From a virus (Duplodnaviria; Caudoviricetes): a DNA stretch of 64,000 nucleotides. The position numbers and the translations under genes are program-made. The number at the start of each line of letters is the position of its first letter. The first letter of the stretch is position 1. The notes under the pieces were generated by a model. That model was not told the DNA's origin, made no database searches, and saw only the letters and a program-made list of their open reading frames with translations. Shown piece after piece: positions 39,001-51,000 of the stretch. The stretch is from the IMG/VR virus record IMGVR_UViG_3300024229_000651; one strand, written 5' to 3'.

Positions 39001-42000
39001 GATTATTAGAGACGGTGACACAATCGAAATTGCAGCTCTAGACGATAGACAGATTTTTGGTATTATATTGTACACCGACGAAATAGAACATGTGTTGTTG
39101 ATATCTAACAAAACTACATTTGGTGATACAATTTATTCGGATGTGTACAACCAACGCCAAGACAGATTAAAAATTAGAGGCAAACGAACAAGTGACTGGA
39201 ACGGCACATTGTCCTCATCCGGTTATATTATTAACAATGATAGCTTGTTAGCAAACTTTGATACCCTAGCATCAGACATGGCCAAATACAACGAAATCGG
39301 TCATGTTCCTGTTGACAAAACTCTATATGACCTGACACGTAGACAGTACGGGTACGATGAAAGAAAGTATTTGCGTGAATTTGAAATGACTTTCGATGAC
39401 CAGTACGATTTTTATGCAGGTATGATCAGAAATAAAGGAACTAAAAACAGTTTAGAAATATTGCTGAACAGTGAAAAAGTGTTTATCCCAGGCAACGTAA
39501 GTATTTACGATGAGTGGGCATTAAAATCTGGCGACTTCGGTGATGTAGACAACTATCAAACTGTTGATTTAAAAATAGACAAAGATGAAATACGAAACGA
39601 AAAACAGCTAGTTTCGATTTCGTATCCAGAAGACACTGTTAGTGAAGTTACTAACGTAGAAGTACTAGCGCCTACAACAAAGTTTTTTAGTAGGCCTACA
39701 CTGGAAATTGAACCACCACCCGCAGACATACCTGGCAGCTTTGTATACGGCGGCGGCACAACAGCAACAGCTATAGTTAACTTAGGAGCCGATGGCACTA
39801 TCACAAGTGTCGATGTTACTGATCCAGGTTACGGCTACACGATTAATCCAGCAGTAACAGTAGTAGCAGCAGAACTATTAACAGCAAATATTACTACAGC
39901 ATTTACTTTACCGTGGGCTATGTCAACTAGTTATGTTGCAAATAATGGTGATGTAACAGGAATTTCTAATGTTACAATAACAGATCATTTTGCTAATTCT
40001 GCCTATGCAGACAGCGTAGTAGACTTATCTACGGCAACAACTGTTGCCGATGTAGAAGCAGCATTTAAAGATACAATCTCGCAGATAATATTAGACGACA
40101 GTTTAGGATTTTCAGGGACATCTACACTTACTGTATCATCTTCCAGAATTGCTACAGATGCCGGAGAGGAATTTTTAATTACACTGAGAGGTAATGACTT
40201 TTCTCTAAGCGATAATGTTAATAACGATCTAGTAGACATTCTCAAACTAGAATCAAAGCGATACCAGCCAAGACAGCGTTATAGTTTTGAAACTGCTAAC
40301 AGCACAGTATATACAGATGTTTCTCTTTCTGTTGATAGTGTTGGGTTATCGGGGAATATTGTCGGGTCAACTGGAGACCATTTATGGGAATTCGATGCCG
40401 GCAGTAGAACAACAATTAATCATATTGGCGGAAGAAAGACCTCCGGCAGTGTGTCATATACATTCGCACCAGTTAGTCCAAATGGAGAATTAACAGATAC
40501 TATAGCCGCAGATAACTTGCAGATCATCAACGGTGAATACCCACACGTTGACGTATTCATTAATGGAAGTAAACTTCCTGGAAATGAGCAAACACTGTTT
40601 TCTATCACAGGCGACTCAACAACAAACACAATAACTTTACTGGACATTGCGTCTTTACCAGGCGGAGAATTAAAAGCAGATGCAAAGATAGAAGTTGTTG
40701 AATATGCAACCATAGACTTTGTAGATGCATATCAAGGAGACCTCCCTGGCAGAACATTGAATATAAAAGTATTTGCAAACGATGCACTGGCAGCAAGGCT
40801 AAGAAGTATCCGAACTTACGAGATATATCCTGATAACAAGGCCGATGCAACTATTATGATAGACGTTGATGACGCAGACAGGCTAGTAACAAGGCCTACA
40901 GATTTATCAACAAACGGCTTATGGCCCACAACTACAGCAGTAGACTATTCGGGTATTACAGACAAAGCATATAAAAAATTACCAAACTCCGGTTATATCT
41001 CAAAGTATACAGTGGACCACCAAGCATGGAATATATACGACTTCGAGACCCTGTTTGAAACAACAGGAAAACTAGCATCTCAAATTCCAGACACAGATAG
41101 TACTGTGCATTTTGCAAACAGTGAGCATGGCGATTTTGATGTGTATAATATATCTCTCCTGGAAGGTAATTCATATATTAAATGGCAACCTAACGCAGGA
41201 ACAACATACTTGTATACAGATTTTAGTCTTATTTCTGATGCTGGGATATTAGACGGCAATAATACTGACAGTCCCGCAGACCACACAGAATATTTTGATC
41301 GAGTTCTTGTGTTAAAAGGTCTTACAGCTATAGACGATTACCAAGGATCACTAGTTTACGAAAATGGCGAATTAATATATTCTCCTAGAATACTTTCTAT
41401 TAATACACCTGTTACTAGATTCAGCGAAGAGAAACTAATCAACGAGCAAGCAGTCGTTATGTCTAACATTCAGTTCGCTGCTCCCACAACAACATTAATA
41501 TCTAGTATAGTACCTGAAGTTAGTGCAAGTATATCTTACGTAGAACCTGCTTATACTGGCGTTGTGGGAAGCCTAGAAATCCCAGCATCTGCAGACATAG
41601 AGCAAGAATTTAACACATATAGTATTTTAAGACGAGCAGAAATAAAAACAACGTCAGCGCCATTTAATGGATCGATGACTTTCTCACTAGGGAAAGGACA
41701 ACTGGACGGATTACAGATTAACGATTGCATATGGATAGAGTCAGATCACCCTACAGCAGCAAATATTTCTTCCAATATGTACCGTGTTGCATCTATAGAT
41801 TCTAACAATGTTAGACTATATGCAAACTTAGCTACACTATCAGGTGTTGCAGATAGTATACCTAGAGCAAATGTGCAATTTGTCAATTATGGACAATATA
41901 ATTTCGAAGGGAATGCAAATGCTGATGGGTACAGTGTACAGGTATATTCCAAAGACCATGGTTATAGCACAGGCGATACTGTGTTATTCAATGTTAATAA

Positions 42001-45000
42001 CATTGCAGGCGAAGCCGGTGATGAGTTTAAAATAAAGAATGCTACTCCGAATACATTCAGAGTTGAGTCTGGAATATATCTAGGTGACAGCCAAAAGGAT
42101 TTATTAACAAACAGCGGCACTGTAAACAATACAGATAAGGAAGTAATAATATCCGCCACAATGGATCCTTCGACAGATACATCAGTACAAAAATATTTAG
42201 TACCTGGTGGGTTTGTGACATTTACTGATGCATCGGGAACATCGATTGACGGTAATACATACCAAATTTTAGATGTAGATAAGACTGTTCAGATAGGAAA
42301 TCCAGATGGACAAAATGAATTAGGTGACTTTATTGTAACACACGCTGATGTTTATAGCGATACCGTAAATAGTATTAACGGTAAGACAATAACACTGACT
42401 AATGGAGTTGCAGAGCAAGTACAGCCCGGGATGTATGTCGAAACAGATATTGCTCCTACTCGTGTAGAAGAAGTAAATTACAAATCTGACGTAACAGCAA
42501 GTAGAAGAATGTTTGTCCAAGCATTTGTTGATTTTGCAAGTGACGATTACTCCGGTGTTACACAACAACAATATGCTGTACTAGCACAAGAGTTTCAAGA
42601 GCTGTCGATAGGAATAGATTCAGCTACGTTTGTACTCAATGAACTTTTACCAACAGACATTGTTATAGGTGATCCTGTTGAAATTCCAGGAATTGCATCA
42701 TTCGACGACGGATTAACTGTTGTAGGCATTAACGGCACTACTATTACACTAAGCAGTCCAGTATTAGTTAAGCACGACACGGATGTATTCTTTAAACATG
42801 CATACCCGCTACGTATAGACACTGTGGTCTTCGAAGAGGAGCTAGATGGCTTTAACATCGGCGACAATATAATATTTGTTGAAGGCGGCTATAATGAAAG
42901 CAACCCAGGGAGCCGAGCAATAAGCACGGTATTCTCAATTGATGCTCCTAATCTAACAGCAAGTGTTGACTCTGATAATTTAACATTCAGAATAGTGAAC
43001 AGCACAAATGTTGTGCTAGAAGGCCCGACAACCGGCATATATAACGGCGATCTTGTTAAGTTAATTTCAGCAGGCTCATACAGCGGCTTCCAATCTGTTA
43101 AAGGTGTTGATCCTGTTAATAATAAATTGTTGTTCGACTTACCTTATGTTCAGCCTATTCTAATAGAAAAAACATCAGCAACAACAGTTACCGACAGCGA
43201 CATAATTAATGCAGGTGCAGATGAGTTAGATGGATTAAAGACGGGTTATCAGCTTTTATCTGATACTGCTACAATCCCAGCAGAAACTTATATATTGGGA
43301 TTTGACTTAACTGGTAACATAGAATTATCGAACGAAGTTAGTGTTTCCGCAGGAGATATTTTAACATTTAGTGACGCTAGATGGCGCTACTCCACGTTAG
43401 TTAACAGTAATATTATTATAACTACTGACGGTGAACATGATTATGATTTAGACGACAGTCAGATTCTAGGAAAAGAGATAACTGTCGCTGATTTTGCACC
43501 GGCACATTATAACTGGAGTTGGACAGTACAAGAAGTACCGACGACTACAACTATTAAAGTAACGGGTTACGGATTCAATCATCCGTACACTGTAAACAGT
43601 GAAACATACGTTAGCAAAGAGTTTTACGACAAGAGAACCACTGAAGCATTTAAAATAGACGGCAAAGATGACCGTGAATTACTGCCGTTCTTGTGGTTTA
43701 ACGATGAAGCCGATATTGTTATTAACGGCGCAGAAATATTTAAGGGTGTTTATCCGTCCTTTGGTGTCGATGAATATATTAGAGAATTAAAACGGATCAA
43801 AGAAGCAAAAGAAGGCAGTGTTTACAAACGCGGATCGTTCGGAATGGTCATGCCCGCCTTGGATGGATTCGGCAACTTTAGTGGATTAGACAACGCTACA
43901 AAGAATCTAATTTCTAGCGGAATAGGAACAGGGCACATACCTGTCAACCCTAATATTGGCGGACCAGTCGGCACTCGCGGTGGCCGTGGAGGCAGAGGCG
44001 GCTATGGAGCTCCTGGCAGAGGCGGTGGCTTTACCCCAAACCCCACAGTTCCTTCACCGGGAACAGGTACACCTGTTACAATCCCGGCAACACCCGGTGT
44101 GCAATTCGGGCCAATTATGCCGCCCGGGTACACTCCTCCAGGTAGCATCGCCCCAGTTGGCAACGGCGGTGGCAGTACTGCGCCACCTGCATCAGTGCTA
44201 CCACCCCAAACCGGTGATCCAAATACAAATGTTCCGGGTGGTGGATCAACTATTGTATCCCCACCAAAAACAGGTGCACAAGATCCAATACAGATGATGT
44301 ATGATCAATTAGGATCAGGGACAATGACTCCTTCGGACCAGCTGGCTATGATCACAGCATATGCTGGCTTCCAAAGCGGTATGCAAAACGCTACACTGTT
44401 ACCTAATCAAGTTTTACAAACGATGCCAAACGCAGGGTACGCTTTAGCTGCACAAGGCAAATCATTAGACGGCGGATATAGTCTCGGCGGCGCTTCGTAC
44501 AACCCAGCGAATAAAGAAACGTCATGGGGACCTGGTGCAAATCAAGGACCTGGTACACTATCAGATCTGTTACTAAACAATTTTACTAGTAATGGCTTTA
44601 AGCCATACACAGCTAACGAAGCATCACAGCAAATGGCTGCTGGATGGACAACATCTTTTTATGCAGCGGTAGGCTATGATCCTTCAACACAGAACACAAC
44701 CGGCTCACCTATTGATATGTTCAACGGTTTATTAGGCAACACACAAGCAATCCGTGGACCTGGAAAATCTAGTCTAAACAGTGGCAAAATGGCATCCTCA
44801 TCACCGTCATCAACATCGTTTAGCGGCGCAGGTGTAGTAGACGGCTTAACTTTCGGACATGTAACAGGCGGCAATCCTACAGGCGCTCAAGCAATAGGTC
44901 TTATTAATAAAAATGCTTTAATTAGTACAAGTACAGGTGGCGCAACCAATGGATTAAACATCAGTGCACTGGCACAGCAAGCTTCAGGCAGTTGTACACC

Positions 45001-48000
45001 CAGTACTGGACTACTAGCAAATGCTGAAATTGGTTATGTAGATCCGATATGCACAGACCCACCACCCCCTACATGTCCGCCTGGACAGCACTTAGAAAAT
45101 GGTGTTTGTGTCGACGATATTCCCACATGTGGCCCAGACCAATTATACAATACAACCACTGGCCAATGTGAAGATATAGTTATTCCACCTCCGCCAATAC
45201 GCACAGAAAATGTAGGAGTATATTGGGATAACCCGAATAAAGATAAGGCAACAACAACTTCCGTTACATATCAACTCACGGAAGATGACTCGCAAACATA
45301 CACAATAACTGTGATGTTTAATCATGCGGGTGCTGATGACCGAACACGAGTGTATCAACACAGTTCTCTAGGAGGTCAACGTGTTGAAGTTGGTGGCGTT
45401 AAGGCGAGCGGAACATATTCTTCACTCACTAACTTGACTAAGGCTGAAGAGTCTGCGTTCCAGGGCAGTAGAGATACAGATCTATCTGATTCTTTCAACA
45501 ACTCGAGTACCTTTAGACCCTTTGTTAAAACTGGTACAACTGGTTTCGTCAAATGGGCCGGCAAGTTTACTTTCACATATGACGCAACACAAGGAAGATT
45601 TATTACGTTTACAACGGAAAGCCAAACGTCTTCGCATGCACACGAGTGTTTTGCTGTGTTAATTGTAAATGAAAACACTCTGCCTACAGACGGCACAAAC
45701 ACTGTGCCTAGAAAACAAATCATGGGCGGCAATGCCTCAGCTGGATCATCGACGGCAGCTATTATTCCTTCACCAATCTGGACCGGATTTATTGGCATCC
45801 CTAATGTTGCTCCGGCTGGAATAAGTCAAGCTATAACAACAAATTCTAGACGTTTGTCTGGCAACCCATTTGCTACACCGTCTGCTAGTTCACTAACAGG
45901 ATATGCCAGCCGTACACCAACAAATTCAGCTGATTCAAATGGAATCGTATTTGTTGATCCTGGGACTATTGATCCTGGAACTGGTATCTACGGTAATAAG
46001 ATGAACGTAACAAATACAATTGTAGGACCAATGCCTATTACGGCATCAGTTCCGACAGTGTCAGGCATTCAACAAATTGATTATCAAAAAACTATTGCTG
46101 GAAAAGCCAAAGCAAACAACAGTGTTGTTGCAAGTAATCCGTATAGTTCCTTAAAGTCTAATCAAGCTGCATCTACTACACCGATACTGACTGTGACTGC
46201 GTTGAAAAAAGATGCAAATGGAGTAATGCAAAAAGTTGGCACATCAGACATGCCAATATGCGAACCTAAGAGTAGAATTCCGCTATGCCCGGACACGTTC
46301 TCTGCTTCCGACGATCCTAGAAGTTTATCAGACGACGGATTCTACTTTGCGGATAGCGTAACTAATGACAGACTTTATGGTGTTAGCACAGGAGATAACT
46401 TTAAAGTTAACGGTGTTGCAATTTCGATGACCGGTGTACATGACATAGAGGGTCTGATAGATGCTATTAACCTTGCTGGAGCGAGTCAGTCAACTAATCG
46501 ATTCAAGGCGCATCGCTATACAACTAATGGTGCTACGTGTGTAATGCTTTCACCGTTATCAACATATTGCGATGCACCGCCGATCTCGCTTGATAACGGC
46601 TGTGGAATATCTGGTAATTTAAAAGAAGTATTACACTATACTGTGCGTGGAGACGTAAATCATGCATATTCAGAAAGTTCGTCACTAGCAGGAACAAGCA
46701 CACGCACTTCTAGTGTTACTATTAATATGCCACCGATGACTGCGAAGACGTCAGATGATCCTCCAGAAGTTGTTGCCAATCCAGGCGATTTTGGTAGTAC
46801 GAATACAACAGCGTCCGGAACTAATTACATATATAATACTATTACTGCACAACAAAAAGCAGCGTCACATACACCTTCCACTATAACAAAAACGAATGGT
46901 GCAGGTTATCGAGTCGACGATGTAGTAACAGTTGTAGGCGGCGTGCCAGCAACTCTACAAGAAGCACTTGCTGCAGGATTGATGTCAGACCAAAATCCTT
47001 CGAACAGACCGTTTGAAGCATTGTCTTCGGTAGTAGCATTAAAAGTGGTCGCTGGCGGCACTGGGTATAACAAAGCTGGCCTCAAAATTATTGTTAACGG
47101 CGATTGTAGAAAGAAGGCAAGAGTAAACTATGCAACACTCGATGTTGATGCTACAGGAGCAATAGTTGGCTTAGCTGGCGGCAGTAGAATACTGATGCGT
47201 ACTAAAGGCTCAGGCAGTAATATTAGCCCAGATAATTCAGGATATAGTATTGAGCGTGGCGCTACTAGTGTTAGCATTATCGGTGATGGGGAAGGAGCCG
47301 AATTAATGGTAGAACATTTTACATCTTCTCCAGCATTCGATCAATCCCAGCAAAATTCACTACAGAAAATACAGCCAGCAGAATTTATTGTGACCAGTGT
47401 AGATCCATTGGGCGGAGTGCAAAGATTAAGTTTGAAAAAACGAGGGGTATACAAACAGTTCCCGAGCGATTTGGATAGTGGTCTACCTCTAATTGGTGGA
47501 AGCGGCACTGGCGGAAGAGTATTCTTAACAGCGCATGCGCTACCTGATTGCACAGTGAAGTCCGACACACTAAGCAAATTTGGAGTAGACCCAGGTGTAT
47601 ATGAAGCACCGGATCCAATCGAGCATTTCATTAACACGTTAAACGATTATGCACCAACTGATCCCAATGGTTTTCCGTTATATACTGCTGCACTGAATTT
47701 TGGACCAGGTGGTCTGCCAGAAGTTGTTGTCGAAGGCGATGACATTGACGGCATTCAATTTGATGATACATATAATCCTGGACTGATAAGAGCACTAAAC
47801 TTACCAACGGGAGCAACAACAAACGCGGTCATTCCTGAAATCGAGCCAGTAAAAGAGAAATTTAGGGAAGTATTTGTCGAAGATCCTGACGGAGGCGGCG
47901 GCCCCGGTGGCGGCGACCCAAGCGAGCGAGATTTCCTTGTTAATTTACCTAATCAAGACGGAACATCAACTCTGGGAGCTGATCCGAGAACTAACCTAGA

Positions 48001-51000
48001 TACCCTAAACAAAGGTATTAGATTCTCATACCCTCAGGCAGGTGAAGCAGCATTGTCGCAAATTCCAGTCGGTCAACGAACAAGACTAGAAAGTATGTCG
48101 ACCCCGTTATGGGCATCAACAGAAGTCGAAGGCGACATATACGAATACAAGCTCACTAATTTAGACGGACAGTCAAGTATTATTCCTACTAATACCAAAG
48201 ACAGACAGCGTGTAGATGTACATGCGCTGGAGAGTATGCGGCATGCTACAGAAAGTAATTTAGACCTTGCAAATATTTCTCATGCATGGATCGATAATTA
48301 CGATGGTAAGGGTTGGGCATATTTGCAGAACGGCAATGTCATAAGAAAACAAGAACCGTTAGTCGATACAAAATTAATACGGGATGTATTTACATTTGAT
48401 GAAATAAGTGCAGAAAAAGAATTTGATGTTAACTTATTCGATCCGTTCAAGGGAATAATACCCGGATATATAGAAAAAGAAATTGACTATACTACCAAGT
48501 CTGATCCTGTTGTGTACGACATGGCGAGAAGTGCATGGGGCAAGAAACAGATAGGAAGAAGATGGTGGAATACGAATTTAGTACGATACACTTGGTATGA
48601 ACAGGGTGAAGGAACATATGGTCCTACGGGCTACAACAACACTGAACGTGCTGCATCATGGGGTGAACATTTCCCGGGTAGTGTTATTAGAATTTACGAG
48701 TGGGTAGAAAGTATAACCCCACCTGAAGCATACACCGGTGGCGGCTTCCCTATTGAAACAGGCGAGTTTATACAGCAGCAATTTTACAATAAAACTAGCG
48801 GCAAAGCAACCGTTTATTACTATTTCTGGGTATACGGTAAGGAAACAGTGGGTAATACTGCTAGATATAATTTACAAAAAGAAAGATCTACAGTTGAAAT
48901 AGAGCGGTTGCTTTCAGATATTAACGGAGAAAGAGTTAGCTACGCAGGCTACATTTCACCAGATAGTATAGTCGTTAACCAACTCGCTCCACTGATCAAA
49001 ACTGATGGAAGTATTTTTAGCACACAGTTCTTGAGAAGAATGGAAGGTGACACTGAAAAGCATACATCGTGGACATTGTCAGCTGAAGGTGATCCTAACT
49101 CTAAGGTTCCTGATGTACTGTCTGTTAAGTTAATAGACAGTTTAGCCAGCATGGATGCGCTGGGCCAGACTGTTCCTGGAGAAGGACTGAGTGCATTCGA
49201 ACGGTACGGTAGCAAGTTTAGACCAAGACAAACGATGTTTAAAGATCTAAGTAAAGCTAGAAAGCAAATGTACGATGTACTAAACTCAATATTTAAAGAA
49301 TTGAAAATGAATACAACGTTTGTAGATTGGCAAACACAACTACCATCGGATCTTACATATTTACAACAAGTCGACTGGTATGAAAAATTAAGAGTTAATA
49401 AAATCGACAACTCAGACGTATTTTATGATGATACATATAGACCTCTACGTAAAGTGACAGACAATACTAAGTTTGCTTTGATCAAAAATTTAGTAGATCT
49501 CAGTATCATACAAGTACAAAAAGACAGTAACTCACCATATAGTTTGTATGAGTATGCTAAGAAAACAAATAGTTTCAAACTAATTGCTATTGAAAATGAA
49601 ACTGTAGAGTGGAAAGCAAGCATATATACTGATGCTAATTCAACTAAAATGGGTAAAGAGATACGTGAAGTATTGAGTATACTTTACAGCAGTGTGTTTA
49701 TAAACACATTTGAAATTTATTGGAACAAGTTCTTTTATGAGATGATGAAATATGCATACTCAGAGCAAGGAGAACTTGACTGGGCGTTCAAAACAACTTA
49801 CTTGAACATTATCAAGGAAGAAACTGATCTAGTGCCTACTAAAGGCTTTAAAGTAGATAATTTTGATAAAGCATTACAATATTTTAATGATGTTAAACCC
49901 TACAGTAGTAAGATTAGAAACTACTTAGATATTAAAAAAGCTCCAGTGGAAATATTAGCTGGTAGTACAACAGACTTCGATAGACCTCCTTATTATGATG
50001 AGGAATCGAAAGAAGTTAGGATACTAGATACTGCAAACGAATTTGATGTCGACATACTCAATACAGCTAGTGAGTATGCAGGCTTTGTGAGCAGTAATGC
50101 ACAAGTGCGTAAAACAAGCACACAAATTGTATTTGACCGTGTTAAAGGTGCATTGTACGAGAATGCAACAGGTGGAAAAATTGAAACATTCCGAGCAGAT
50201 GGCATCTCAAGCGGATTTAGCTTTAACACACTAGTAGAAGATGTTACTAGATTGCAAGTGAAAGTTGATGGTGATTTAGTACCACCGACAGCATTTGATA
50301 ATGAGCTTATTAGCAATGTGGTTGGCACAGTCGAAACTGTCGTAACTGACGCTGAAGCAAACGTATTTAGAAACGAAGGATCGTTTACAAATCTCGTAGC
50401 AAGATCAGACTTTGGTACATCTATAATTGTTGACATCGACATTGATGCAAACGGTGCGATATCTAGCTTTAACATGACGACAACCGCACACAATCAAAAC
50501 GTAGGCGACAAGTTTGTACTTAGAGATGAGCAGATGAGTAATATCATTGTTGCAAATACATCTTGGGATTTGAATCCATGGGACACTGATCCAAATAATC
50601 CTAGTAACACTGCGCCAGGTGTGTGGGATGAAGAAATTGGACAGTCCATTGCACCAGACATTGAATTCACAACAACAGAATTGTCTAATGTGTCAATTAT
50701 TACTGATAGAACATCTGCTATTAATAGCAACAGTACTATAGAGTTCACAGACGGCCCTATAGTGTCGCTGTACGGGCAAACGTATTTTGTGGATATAAAT
50801 GAAAGCGATACAGCTACTATTATTGCACCAGGGCATAGTATGCCAATTGGAGTACAGGGCGTTAAATTAGTTAATGTTATTTCTAACGGTGTCAACATAG
50901 GTAATACAAATATTACTATTAACAAAACCACTAGCGAACAAATTGTTGTGGATTTCGATGATATAAAAAGTTTTGTAAACTCCCAGGCTGTTCCTACTAC

